Shown here in pieces: positions 35,091-48,361 of a DNA stretch of 64,000 nt; positions within the stretch are counted from its first letter, which is position 1, and every line of letters starts with the position of its first letter. Under the pieces are notes generated by a model. It saw only the letters and a program-made list of their open reading frames with translations. It ran no database searches and was not told where the DNA came from. The position numbers and the translations under genes are program-made. The DNA is taken from NCBI RefSeq assembly GCF_009914755.1, contig NC_060935.1. One strand, written 5' to 3'. This DNA is from the human T2T-CHM13v2.0 reference genome, Homo sapiens.

Positions 35091-37333
35091 GAGTGATGAT
35101 TTTCATCTGTAGAGAGAGGGACTGGCTTCCTTGTCACATGTAAATATTACAGCATGTTCTGCAGTAATGGTATTTTATTATCCATTTGTGTTTTCTACAT
35201 TATGATTCTCTTCTATTTCTACAGCTAATGAGAGTCGTGCGAGGTACTATTTCAATGTGTTGGCTATGTATTGGCCAGAATAATGGGTGAAACCACTATC
35301 TTGCACTACTTGTAACAGGAAAAAAAAGGGTAGGATGGGGTGGGGGAGTTGGTTCAAACAGAATGCAAATTATAGACCATAACAATGCGCTATATTTCAA
35401 TGGCTCCCTACCTATCCTTTACAAAGATATAAATCTTCTCTAGGATGCACAAGTCTACATGGCTTTTCTTCTTTTGTGTCCTTAAAGAAAATGCACAGTA
35501 AGACCGCCCAAACATTCAATAATAATAGATTACTAATCAGTACATAGGTGCCCACATTGAATTCAAAAGAAAATTATGTTTTGTTGTATAATGTTGCTCT
35601 CTTGTTTGCACTCTGGTTTATCCTAAAATGACTTTTAACGACCAGCTGAAGTAAATCTATCCATTCAAAGCTGGGCACTGGGATTACTTACATAACAGCT
35701 TTTTACAGATTATTGTTGCCTCTAATTTTACTAGAGAAATTCAAACTACATTATTGGCGTTAAGCCAAGATATTTATCATTCACTTAAAATAATGGCAAA
35801 ATACAATTGTCACTCATTTGTCTTTGTATTCCCTGGGTAATGGTGTTACATTATCAAATGATTATATTATTAAAAATATAGTAGAGTTATCTAAATTATC
35901 CAACAATACCCTTTCTAAATCAAGTTCTCAAAAATGCAAATTCTCAAAAGACTTAGCCAGTCTTAAGTAAACACATCATACAAGTCTGTTAAGATACATT
36001 GCCATTTAGTTAATGACCTTTACTAATTATCAACTATTAATAAATATTAATTTTATCAAAAATTTGATGTTTAAAAATGTTCTCAAAAATATTATCTTTG
36101 CTGAATATAAGGTTTATTCAAATTCTGTAGGACTCCATTTAGAGTTTTTATTTAATACCAGCTAAGATGATTACAGTTATGTCATTAATTCTTGCTAGCC
36201 ACAATAAAATATTTTTTAAAAGTTAATCCACAGGCAAAATAATCCTGTAAAGCTTTACACTTCTATTTTTATTCAATAGACCGATTTTCAAATTTTCAAA
36301 ATTGAATAATTTTTAAAATTACATTCAAACTATAAAGTTGGAGTTTTTATCAAAAAGTACAGATATTTATAATGAAAACAAAGTATTTTCATAATTAAGC
36401 CTTATAAGTTCCTATTTTTTGATTTTATATCAATAATAACCAGCATGAAAAAGCAATGAAAATATCTAGGAGACTCAGTTATTTCTTTAAAATTATTTAA
36501 AATCAGTTATTTATTTAAATCTGGCAAAATATATTGTATAATTGAGTGGGTTTTTCATTGTTTAGTTAGTTGGTTGTTTTTTTGGGAAAAGTATTTGTTT
36601 ATTTATATATTTTGTTAATTTATTTTACTTCCTAAAATATAAAAAAGAATTAAAAGCTATTTGCACAAATATAAGAGATGTATATAAAAAAAAATATATA
36701 AATAAACCATATCCTTAATTTTCTTTACAATCTTTAATAAATAGGAGAATAAACATAAGTTTAAACATTATATGGTTAGCTTCATGACAAATTGCTAAGA
36801 ATTCCAAAGCACTGAGATTTTCATCAATAAACTTTTCAATTCTGGATCATAAACTTTCCTAAGACAAGCAAGAAAGATGAAAAGATGTTTTTATTTTTGT
36901 TTTAAGAAGAGAGTAAAAGTGTAACTTTGATTCTGAGTAGAATGTGAACCATCATTTTTATGTTACACAATTCCTTCCCTGAAGGAAGACAACTTCCTTC
37001 TTTAGCATATTTGTCCTCAATGTTTTATAACACACTACTCAGGGTTTTCTTCTGTGTAAACTTTTCTTCCTTTATGAAACATTCTTTCAATATTTATATC
37101 TTTCAATAACCTCTTTTTATTTATATTTTCAAACAATTCCTTTCTAGGTTAACCTTATATAAGGAAAAGGAAAACAAAAAACAAAATAAAACAAAACAAA
37201 TCTTCCCTTCCAGTATTAAAGAAAATTATCCCAGTTTGAAACTTGGTTAACATCAGGTTCTTTGACCACATTATTCAAACTATCAAGCCCAATTCTGACC
37301 ATTAAAATGATGAATAACTTTCATAATACATAC

Positions 37334-37465
37334 CTAGCAAAGCTTGGAATAAGCTGCTCTTAAAGATACCCATCACCTTTTTAACCGCATTTTTCAACAG
37401 CTGCTCCTCTGGTTTCCTTAATTTTTTGCAGTATTCTTCCAGTAATGATAAAGCTCGGTCAGTAT
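37334..37465 (-). CDS. DLG2: DLG2 132-nt L27-domain exon; ATG of the MGIFKSSLFQALL(D) isoform at 37373-37371
   Basis: The minus strand reads catgtttttcAG|ATACTGACCGAGCT...GCTTTGCTAG|GTATGT, phase 1 at both ends. The translation (D)TDRALSLLEEYCKKLRKPEEQLLKNAVKKVMGIFKSSLFQALL aligns with the DLG1 L27 exon (DTQRALHLLEEYRSKL...VINIFQSNLFQALI). MGIFKSSLFQALLD is the N-terminus I recall for the long human DLG2 isoform. The ATG context is GTGATGG (G at -3 and +4), with 40 coding nt to the donor. Confidence 0.93.
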
Positions 37466-37941
37466 CTGAAAAACATGATATTATTATTATATTTTATGGT
37501 CTTAGCAAAATAGAAAACTAACATTAAACTATTCTATAATTGTGTTCCTAACTTAATGACATGAAATAACTTAATAAAATAATCATAATTTCTATAAACT
37601 ACCATATGAAAATAATTATACTCAATGGCCAATTTCAACAATCCAGTTTTATTTCTATAGTCTTGTCTTCCAAAAGAATCCCTAACTGTAAAACAAAACA
37701 AAGAATTCAATCCTGGCCACGATGTTCAAGTTAGATATAACTCTCTCTTGTCAGAGACACTGACCTTAAAATTGATGACTTCCTGCAAAATAATATCCAA
37801 CTTCCTTAACATGACCCTTGAGGCCTCCCTCCCATGATCAAATATTTTCAGCCTTATTTCCCACTATATAGTCCACACTCTCCAAACACACATACAGTGC
37901 CTAAGTCATACTGGATTACTCACTTTTCCCTTCCATTTTCC

Positions 37942-38016
37942 TCTACACACATGCATGCGCAGACACCCACATACATACACACACGCATGCACGTGCACAC
38001 TTGCTCTCTCCCCCAC

Positions 38017-38046
<30 letters not shown>
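37942..38046. repeat. (CA)-rich then (CT)n low-complexity tract
   Basis: Directly visible. Confidence 0.85.
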
Positions 38047-38047
<1 letters not shown>

Positions 38048-38149
38048 CTTTTTCTCACCTCTGTACTTTTCTTTGCTCCTACTGTTCTCTGTGCTGGTAT
38101 TTCTTCCCCTATACCACTGTATATACTCCCTAGAATCAGCGTGCTATCT

Positions 38150-38330
38150 TGAAAAGGGGTTCTTGTCAGGCAAATCTAGGTATGACCCAGATCTTACTTA
38201 CTAGCTGTGTGTGACCTTTAACACGTTCCTTAACCTCTCTGAGCTTCAGTTTCCTCACAGGTGTTATGATTAGACAATATATGCACAATCCCTAGCACAA
38301 TATCCAGCACACAGAAAATAATCAAGTAAG
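38150..38330 (+). mobile_element. MIR SINE
   Basis: cttactagctgtgtgtgacctt...cttaacctctctgagcttcagtttcctca. Confidence 0.8.
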
Positions 38331-39856
38331 TCAACTGAACACCTACTTTCTCTTCATTCAGATCTAACTCAAATGCTCTCTCTTCCATAAAGCCATCTCT
38401 GATGGTTAAAATTAATCATCATTCCGTCTTCTTCTAAACCACTTTGCCTATACGAATTTGTCGGCAGTCTTAAACCCATATCTTATTATTTTATGACTTC
38501 TTGAATAATGTCTTCATCCTTCACAAGACAAAACATCCTTGAAAAAGTCACTAGAGTTATACAACCTTTGTGTTTAGGTGATAATTGTCTTTGAATTTAA
38601 AAGCCCTCCTTCCCTTCCAATCTATCACTTTCAAAAAAGCCTAAATACCAATTATAATAACAATAGCTTATATTTATTTTCTATTTCCTCCTTTCTCTTG
38701 AACCTTCCAACTCTTCTTCCTCATGGCCATTCTCAGCTGATGGTATTACTTCCTATTACATGGAAAATCAGAAGGCAGATTCCACAAGCTCCTAACATAA
38801 CATCTACTGACTTACCTGTAACTGCACCCACATAGTCTGCCTTCCCTTATATTACTATGAATAAAGAATTTGTTTCTAAGGTCAACTCCTCTCTTGAGCA
38901 CTGGAATATATCCTCTCTTGCTTACTCAAGGAAATTGTTCCATTATCAATTGCTTTCTTTTCCACTCAATCATCCCATCATTACTAAATCCAGCAGTCAA
39001 TTATCAATCATTTCATTTGGCCCATAAGCATCATTTGATATTGTCACACTCTTGAAAACACTTTTTTCACTAGGCTTCCACACAGGTGTGCTGGTAAATA
39101 CTTAAAAACTAGTTCAGATAAAAAGGAAAACATGGGCACCTACACGCACATGAGTTTGTTATAATTTTACTGACACAAGGATGTATAGCAACCAGTCTAC
39201 AAATAATAATAAGATATACAACCTTTAATTGTAAATTCCATTAGTCAGTTGATTCTCAATAATATTTTTATTGGTTTTTACCAAATTCTTGTATTCATAG
39301 CCAACTTAGGGTTATAACTGATGAATGAGTAGTTCCAACATATATGTGGTTTGATTATGTTGTCATATTAATAAAATGAAAATAAAACAACAAAGATAGT
39401 TTTTGTGAAAACCTCACTCAATTATGTTATTTGTTTACTGAATCAGATAATAATTTTTGAATAGTGGACAAATATTTCCTCAATTTCTGTACTAATATCA
39501 ATGTAACAGCAACAGACACAAAATGCTTTTAACTTGCGCTTAAATTATTAGTATTTACTTTATCACTTTCTTATCAGCAAAACAATAAATCAAGCCCAAA
39601 TTTGTAGCATTTGCAATTTCCAAAGTCTAAATATTCCCACCATGGCCAATTTCAAGGTACCAACATGATGTCTCTGAACATGGATCTGAGAAAAGATGCA
39701 CAGCAGCATACCATTATGTAGCTTATCCACCGCACAAATACAATCAATGTAAATAACTCAAGAGCAGAGATGGTATGAAAATGAAAAATAATTAAGAATT
39801 GATGACTGTTGAGTATTTATTACTTTTTAATATAATTTAGTTAAGTTTATGTGTAA

Positions 39857-40314
<458 letters not shown>

Positions 40315-40419
40315 TTTAACATTTTTGAAATGGCTGTATTGTCTTGCAAATTTGCTGAAAATTTAATGATAAGCTCTTGCAAGCTGACATGAGCCGTCTC
40401 CAGCACACCATTATTTCCA

Positions 40420-41630
40420 GGGCAGCACTCTCTCCCAGATTGTTTTCCCACTTCATGGATGCCCTTTCTCAATCACATTTATTAGTTCCCTCTAATTTCT
40501 CAATGAGGGCTTAAGATGTTTAGAATACCTCTGAACATGGTAAGACTTCTTTAATCTTACTCCCTGGATAATCTTACCCAGTTTCCTTGATAATCTTATC
40601 TAATTCCGTAGTTTTAAATATTACCAGCACCCTCAAGACTTCCGAATGTATATCTGTAGCTCAGAACTTTACTCTGAATTCCAGACTCATATCCAGCTGA
40701 ATGCTCAACATTTCCATTTGGATGTCTAATAAGCATCTCAAACTTCACTTGTCAAAACTGAACTCCAGATCTTATCCACCCACCCTCAGTCTGCTTCTCC
40801 TCCAATGTATCTCCATCTTTCACCCTTCCAATTATTCAGACCCAAATTCCTGAAGTCAGCATTCATTCTTTTCTCTAATTCTCTACATCTATCCATCAGT
40901 AAATCCTGTGGGCTCCAACATCAAATTATATGCAGAATCCCATCACTTCTCCCTACCTCCAGTGCCACCACCCTGGCACAACCCATCATCATCTATCCCC
41001 TACATTACTGCAATGTTCTACTAGTTTACATGCTGTCACCTTTGCCCTCCTACAGTCTTTTCTCTTTTTTTTCTTTTTTCTTTCTGTCTTTGTTTGTTTG
41101 TTTTGTTTTTTGTTTTCTTTTAAGCAGGATCTCTCTCTGTCACCCAGATGGGAATGTAGTGGGGCAATCACTGCACATTTCAGCATCAGCCTCCCAGGCT
41201 CAAGTGATCCTCCCAAATCATTTTTTGAATTCTGATTTTTTTGTAGAGATGAGGTCTCACTATGTTGCCCAGGCTGGCCTACAGTCTTTTCTAAACCCAA
41301 TAGCCAAAAATATCCTTTCAAGTCATCAACTAGATTATGTCATTCCTCAACTCAAACCCTCCAGTGTCTCCCCATCCCACTCAGAGCAAAGGCCCACCTC
41401 TCTGACTTCAGCTCTTAGACCTCTCCTCTTGCTCAATCTACTCCAACCACAGTATGCTGTTTCTCAAATATATCAAGAACTCTCCTATATCATGGCCTCT
41501 ATACTTGTGATTCTGCCTATAACACTCTTCTCTCAGGTATCCATAAAGCTTGCTCCTTCACTTCTTTCATATCTCTGCTTATATATCATCTTAGTAGTAA
41601 GGCCTTCCCTAATACTCCTATATAACATAG
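40420..41630 (+). mobile_element. L2 LINE with a degraded minus-strand Alu at about 41060-41280
   Basis: L2 motifs ctgaattccagactcatatccagctg...catttggatgtctaataagcatctcaaactt; Alu motifs gtagagatgaggtctcactatgttgcccaggctgg. Confidence 0.75.
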
Positions 41631-42310
41631 CAAACTTCAAGCTTATCCCCTTGAAGGAAATGAGAATTTCAATTGGGCAATAAGAGATGGAGGAGGACAT
41701 TGCGTAACTACTCCTCTTCTATCTAGTAAGATTAGAAATATAGAAATAAATGTGGATGAACAGAGAGCTCACTCCAATTTATATTAACAAAGAATGGTGA
41801 TATAAATGTGTGCTAATATATTTGCATAAACTTTAATTTTTAAAAATGATTTCACACTTTACTTGCGTAATGTTTTAACAACTCTGAATCAAGGACAAAT
41901 ATTTTAATCCCCATTTTGTCAATAATTAAACAATCAGCAGTTTCCCCAAAATGATGGTGGCTCACTTTCTAACCCATCCCTACACACTATTTACAAATAT
42001 AAATAGTTACTTTACTTACCACTGTAGGTGATCAACAATACAATAATTATACTATACCTCTCTCTCTACTTATATGTATCTGTGGGCTCTAATCACGTGA
42101 TTACCTCTAGTGCCCAAAGCTTTAGTCTTTTTCATTTCCTCATTAAAGTCTGCCGACATTTTTCGGGAAACCTACAAGTGCTGAGCACCTTTTTCTTTTC
42201 TCTCTCTTTTTTTTTTTAATACAATTATAACTAAAGCCTTTTTTTTTAAGCTTCTGTGGCATTGTTGTAGGTATTACCCTAGTCGTTTATTCTTTTAAAG
42301 GGCAATTCTT

Positions 42311-42639
42311 GGCCAGGCACGGTGGCTCACACCTATAATTCCAGCACTTTGGGTGGCCAAGGTGGAAGGATGGCTTGAGACCGGGAGTTCGAGACCAGCC
42401 TGGGCAACAGAGCAAAACCCTTTCTCTACAACAAAATTTTAAAATTAGCCAGGTGTGGTGGTGCACGTCTGCACTCCCAGCTACTCAGAAGGCTGAGATG
42501 GGAGGATCATTTAAGCCCAGGAGTTCGAGGCTTCAGTGGGCCACCATCCTGCTACTGCACTCCAGCCTGGGCTACAGAGTGAGACCCTGTCTCTAAATAA
42601 ATAAGTAAAATACCCTGTCTCTAAGTAAATAAGTAAAAT
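42311..42639 (+). mobile_element. Alu (J-type) with a 28-bp tandem duplication of its 3' end
   Basis: accctgtctctaa(a/g)taaataagtaaaat at 42584-42611 and 42612-42639; flanks gggcaattct/gagcaattct. Confidence 0.93.
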
Positions 42640-43809
42640 TAAGAGCAATTCTCAAAAATGTATTAACAATATTCCCACAATCACATCTACAAATATAATT
42701 AGATAAGTAAGGGGAATTTCACTCACTCATTTAGCATATATTTATCCAATAACTATAAAGGGAAAATACTGTATTGATTCAAAACAGCTAGATGTTTTCT
42801 AAACCAGCAGAGCTTACTATGCCTCTCATCGCTGTAGGATAAAAATTTGACACATAAAAAATGCTAAAATATTTTTAAAAGGTCGTATATAATCAAGTCT
42901 CCAAGTTAGGCTTTCACACACCAGCATCTAGGGCTGGAATTGTGGCTGCCCTTTTATGCTGCTTTTGATTATTGAGAATGATCATCACCTGGAGTCAATT
43001 CTATTATGCTCTTCAACTCTCTCTACTCAAATCCTTATTTCTGGTTAATGAAAGTTTGAAGGTAATCTAAAAATGACAAATTAAACAAATGAGACAAATG
43101 GCAAGGATCTTTTCATACAAATTAAAAATCCCTAACCTAATCTCCATAAATTGAATAAAGTGGAAAGCTGAGATAATTATCCAAGCAAGTCAAGATTCAT
43201 ATTTTAATTGATGTTCAAATAACCAAGTGGAGAATTTTTCATCTAAATTGCCTCAATTCTCCTGTTTTCTTCATTAAACTCTACCTTCATAAGACTCCTG
43301 AGTCTACAGGAAAAAAAAAAAGCTAAATTTGGATTACTTGAGGGCAGGCACAGGAGGAAATGGGGGGGAAGGGAGAATCACTTTTTAAAATAAGAAATTT
43401 TTGCATGAAATATGCAACCAAGGGATAGTGAATGTTACATAATTAGAACTGTAGGTAATCATGTGTCTGTTAATTAAGGTTCAACTCTATATTGTACATG
43501 GTTTAAGAATAGCATCACCAGAAAGTTATAAATAATTTGGGACAGGTAATTTAAATTTGAAACAGTGATTGGCAATAGTGCTAACAAATGAACTTTTAGA
43601 GAAAAGAAAATGATGATACATAAAATCATTTGCCATGGCTTAAAAAATGAAGAATTACAGAACATACAGTGGTATCATTAGGAAAACTCAGATCAAAGTA
43701 TAATAGAGAAAAGGTGAATTTAACAGGCAAATTTTGGAAAATAAAGCATTTAGAATAGTGAAATTATTTTACATAAATCTATTCAACATTTTTACAGTTT
43801 AAAAAGAAC

Positions 43810-43985
43810 TTTTAAATGCATTATCTTATCTGATTCTCACCACTGAGAAGTCATACCTATTTTACATGAAACTGAAACTCAGAGTGGCTTGTCCAAGATC
43901 ACACAGCTACTAAATAACAGATTTGGAGCTTAATCCAAAAGCTTTTGATTCCAAGTATAGTGTTCTCTCCACAATACCACCCTTA
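43810..43985 (-). mobile_element. MIR SINE
   Basis: ctattttacatgaaactgaaactcagagtggcttgtccaagatcacacagcta. Confidence 0.75.
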
Positions 43986-44373
43986 ATCCTCCAGAAATGG
44001 AGATGAGCATATTTTTATGGAAAAAATAAAATAAAACTTGACCAATCAGACATAAATCGTATCACTGAATTTTAGAATCTAGGGTTAAATGTTGAATCAC
44101 AAATGTTCAAATTTAGTCTTTTAATTTGTATTTGTAACATATAAATAAAAATGGTCCTACCTTTATAAGTCTGGTAGATAGAGAAAAAGGTTATTTCAGC
44201 CATTAATCAAGTATTTATTGACTATCTTACTATATCCAGACACTGGGAACACAGTACTGAACAAAATAGGCAATAGTCTACCCTCACAGAGATTTTAGTC
44301 TCAAAATAAAGATAATTAACTAGGAAATTCCAACAAAGTGAAAGATTAAAACAGAGTATAAGAATGCTATCAC

Positions 44374-44669
44374 GGCTGGGAGCGGTGGCTCACGCCTGTA
44401 ATACCAGCACTTTGGGATGCCAAGGCAGGCAGATCACCTGAGGTCAGGAGATCGAGACCAGCCTGACCAACATGGTGAAACCCCGTCTCTACTAAAAATG
44501 CAAAAATTAGCTGGACATGGTTGCGGGTGCCTGTAATCCCAGCTACTTGGGAGGCTGAGGCAGGAAATCACTTGAACCCGGGAGGCGGAGGTTGAAGTGA
44601 GCTGAGATCGTGCCACTGCACTCCAGCATGGGTGACAGACAGAGATTCTGTCTCAAAGAAAAAAAAAAA
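44374..44669 (+). mobile_element. Alu (S-type)
   Basis: Dimer; TSD aagaatgctatca/aagaatggtatca. Confidence 0.95.
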
Positions 44670-44963
44670 GAATGGTATCATAAGGTACCAGGTACCATGG
44701 GAGTAGAGAATTAAGTTGATGGCATACGTACAATGTTAACAAGTTTGGCCTTATACCAAGGGTAGAATGTCAAGTCATGGAAGATTTTTAACTGAAGAGG
44801 AATATGACCATTTTTTAGATTTAGAACGATTAACTATAGTATGATATGTATCCATTAAAACAAGCAATAACAATTAGACATTTTTCATATTTTAAATATA
44901 TACAAAATTGAATGATCACAATTTTATCATTACTTATTAGACATTAGGACTAGAAAATGAAAG

Positions 44964-45705
44964 TGAGAGGTGAAGCCGGCTGGCTTCTGGGTCAGGTGGG
45001 GACTTGGAGAACTTTTCTGTCTAACTAAAGGATTGTAAATGCACCAATCAGTGCTCTGTGTCTAGCTAAAGGATTGTAAATGCACCAATCAGTGCTCTGT
45101 GTCTAGCTAAAGGTTTGTTAATGCACCAATCAGCACTTGGTAAAAACGGATCAATCAGCACTCTGTAAAACGGACCAATCAGCACTCTATAAAATGGACC
45201 AAGCAGCTCTCTGTAAAATGGACCAATCAGCAGGATGTGGGTGGGGCCAAATAAGGGAATAAAAGCAGGCCACCTGAGCCAGCAGCAGCAACCTGCTCAG
45301 GTCCCCTTCCACACTGTGGAAGCTTTGTTCTTTCGCTCTTCACAATAAATCTTGCTGCTGCTCACTCTTTGGGTCTGCGCCGCCTTTATGAGCTATAACA
45401 CTCACTGCGAAGGTCTGCAGCTTCACTCCTGAAGTCAGCGAGACCATAAACCCACCAGGAGGAATAAATAACTCCAGACGCGCCACCTTTAAGAGCTGTA
45501 ACACTCACCGCAAAGGTCTGCAGCTTCACTCCTAAAGTCAGCAAGACCATGAACCCACCAGAAGGAAGAAACTCTGGACACATCCAAACATCAGAAGGAA
45601 CAAACTCTGGACACACCATCTTTAAGAACTGTAACACTCACCACGAGGGTCCACAGCTTCATTCTTGAAGTCAGAGAGACAAAGAACCCACCAATTCTGG
45701 ACACA
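44964..45705 (+). promoter_or_regulatory. 5' LTR12 (742 bp)
   Basis: tgagaggtgaagcc...ggacaca; tandem 41- and 24-bp U3 repeats with five perfect CCAAT; AATAAAA TATA-like box at about 45258; AATAAA at about 45344; repeated U5 units. Confidence 0.93.
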
Positions 45706-45708
45706 TTT

Positions 45709-45726
45709 TGGCGACCATGAAGGGAC
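45709..45726 (+). other. Primer-binding site (tRNA-Arg type)
   Basis: TGGCGACCATGAAGGGAC lies 3 nt after the LTR and is one mismatch from the complement of a tRNA-Arg(TCG) 3' end as I recall it. Confidence 0.85.
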
Positions 45727-46894
45727 CATCACCTTTCGCCAAGCAGTGAGATTATCGCCTATCGCCAAGTGGTGAGTACCATTGGACCACTTTCACTTGC
45801 TATTCTGTCCTATTTTTCCTTAGAATTCAGGGGCTAAATACCAGACACCTATTGGCCAGTTAAAAGTGACTAGCACAGCCGCCGGACTAAAGACACGGGT
45901 GTCAGGCTTTCTGGGAAAGGGCTCTCTAACAAACCCCGACTCTTCAGAGTTGGGAGCATTGGTTTGCCTGGAACCAGCTTCTGCATTTCCCGTACTTCTG
46001 GGCTGAGCCAAGGGTCGACAGAGGGGAAAGTCATTCAACTCCAGGGTCCCGACAACAAGTTGGTTGACCCTGCAGCCATGAGTGAAACTCAAAGTCATGT
46101 CGCCCAAGCAAGACTCATCCATCTATCTTGATCCTTGCCCCCGGGTCCTAACGCCTGCCAGATAAACTTCCTCTCACCTGTCTTCTCCAAGGCTAGTCCC
46201 GCTTATAAAAACCACTCGCTCTCTCTGGTGCTTTTCTAGTTTCTCCTATAAGAATGATTTCTAGTATAAACTCCAGGACTCTGTTACCTTCTTTTGGCAC
46301 CTGGGCTCACCAATCAAAAAGACATAATTTTTGCCCAAAGCCCCGTCATAGGGGAGACTATCTGGAATTTTAGGATCCCTCCTCAGACAAGCAGGCCTAA
46401 TAAAGGCTATTCCTACAGCTAGGATATGGGGAGCCTCAGAAATTGTATCCTTCCTATTCATATAAGTGAAGATAAAAGGCATCAGTCTTCCAATTCTGGA
46501 GATCCCTCCCCTCCCTCAGGGTATGGCCCTCCACTTAATTTTTGGGGCATAACATCTTTATAGGACATGGGTAAAATCCCAATACTAACAGAAGAATGCT
46601 TAGGACTCTAACAAGTTTTCGACAATGCTTCAGTAAAGGTGACTACATTGGATTTTTCTCGGTCCTCTTTGTGGTCTAGGAGGACAGGCAAGGGTGCAGG
46701 TTTTCGAGAATGCATCAGTAAGGGCCACTAAATCCGACCTTCCTTGGTCCTCCTTGTGGTCTAGGAGGAAAACTAGTGTTTCTGCTGCTGTGGCGGTGAG
46801 CACAACTATTCTGATTAGCAGGGTCCAGGGACCGTTGTGGGTTCTTGGGCATGGGGAGAAACAAACCAAAACCATGGGTGGTTTTGTCTTTCAG

Positions 46895-48361
46895 ATGGGA
46901 AACACTCAGGCATCAAAAGGCTCACCCTTGAAATGCATCCTAAGCCATTGGGACCAATTTGACCCAAAAACCCTGAAAAAGAGGTGGCTCATTTTTTTCT
47001 GCACTATGGTCTGGCCCCATTATTCTCTCTCTCTCTCTGATGGGGAAAAATGGCCACCTGAGGGAAGTATAACTTACAATACTATCCTGCAGTTTGACCT
47101 TTTCTGTAAGATGGAATGCAAATGGAGTGAAATACCTTACGTCCATGCTTTCTTTTCATTGAAGGAGAATACATAACTATGCAAAGCTTGCAATTTACAT
47201 CCCACAGGAGGATCTTTCAGCTTACCCTCATATCCTAGCCTCCCTACAGCTCCCCTTCCCATTAAGGATAAGCCTCCTCTAATCTCCCCGGCCCAGAAGG
47301 AAATAAGCAAAGAAATCTCCAAAGGACCACAAAACCCCCCAGGCTGTCAGTTTTGTCCCCTTCAAGCTGTAGGGGGTGGGGAATTTGGCCCCACCCAGGT
47401 ACATGACCCTTTCTCCCTCTCTGATTTAAAGCAGATCAAGGCAGACCTGGTGAAGTTTTCAGATGGTCCTGATAGGTACATAGATGTCCTACAGGGTCTA
47501 GGGCAAACCTTCAATCTCTTTTGGAGAGATGTCATGCTATTGTTAGCTCAAACCCTGGCCTTTAATGAAAAGAATGTGGCTTTAGCTGCAGCATGAGAGT
47601 TTGGAGATACCTGGTATCTCAGTCAAGTAAATGATAGAATGACAGCTGAGGAAAGGGACAAATTCCCTACTGACCAGCAAGCCATCCCCAGTATGGATCC
47701 CCACTGGGACCCTGACTCAGATCATGGGGACTGGAGTCATAAACATCTGTTGACCTGTGTTCTAGAAGGACTAAGGAGAATTAGGAAAAAGCCCATGAAT
47801 TACTCAATGATGTCCACCATAACTCAGGGAAAGGAAGAAAATCCTTCTGCCTTCCTCAAGTGGCTACGGGAGGCCTTAAGAAAATATACTCCCCTGTCAC
47901 CCAACTCACTACGGGGTCAATTGATTCTAAAAGATACATTTATTACCCAATCAGCTGCAGATATCAGGAGAAAGCTCCAAAAGCAAGCCCTGGGCCCTGA
48001 ACAAAATCTGGAGGCATTATTAAACCAGGCAACCTCAGTGTTCTATAATAGGGACCAAGAGGAACAGGCCCAAAAGGAAAAGTGAAATCAGAGAAAGACC
48101 ACAGCCTTAGTCATGGCCCTCAGACAAACAAACTTTGGTGGTTCAAAGAGGTCAGAAAATGGAGCAGGCCAATCACTCGGTAGGGCTTGTTATCAGTGTG
48201 GTTTACAAGGACACTTTAAAAAAGATTGTCCAATGAGAAACAAGCTGCCCCCTCGTCCATGTCTGCTATGCTGAGGCAATCACTGGAAGGTGCACTGCCA
48301 CAGAGTGCAGAGGTTCTCTGGGCCAGTAACCCCCAATAAGAAGACCCAACAACAGGACTGA
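46895..48361 (+). pseudogene. gag: HERV9 gag (disrupted)
   Basis: MGNTQ start; KWPPEGS matrix motif; ITQGKEENPSAFL major homology region; zinc knuckle CYQCGLQGHFKKDC at about 48188-48229; in-frame stops; ends QQD-TGA followed by GGGTGC (gamma-type readthrough junction). Confidence 0.92.

Noticed and set aside
36970-37115. Coding-looking minus-strand stretch (EVIERYKILKECFIKEEKF...)
   Set aside because: It hits a stop after about 29 codons, has no convincing splice pair, and A-rich composition explains the appearance.
40805-41683. Longest ORF in the track (292 aa)
   Set aside because: It runs through L2 sequence and a degraded antisense Alu (EMRSHYVAQAG). The pyrimidine-rich strand is naturally poor in stops, and there is no recognisable domain.
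45020-45660. Regular repeats that look superficially like a CRISPR array
   Set aside because: These are the tandem U3 and U5 subrepeats of LTR12. They have no unique spacers, they are duplicated in the 3' LTR, and the DNA is eukaryotic.
46616-46770. About 85-bp direct repeat in the proviral leader
   Set aside because: As I recall it is a standard feature of HERV9/HERV-W leaders, so it is not locus-specific.
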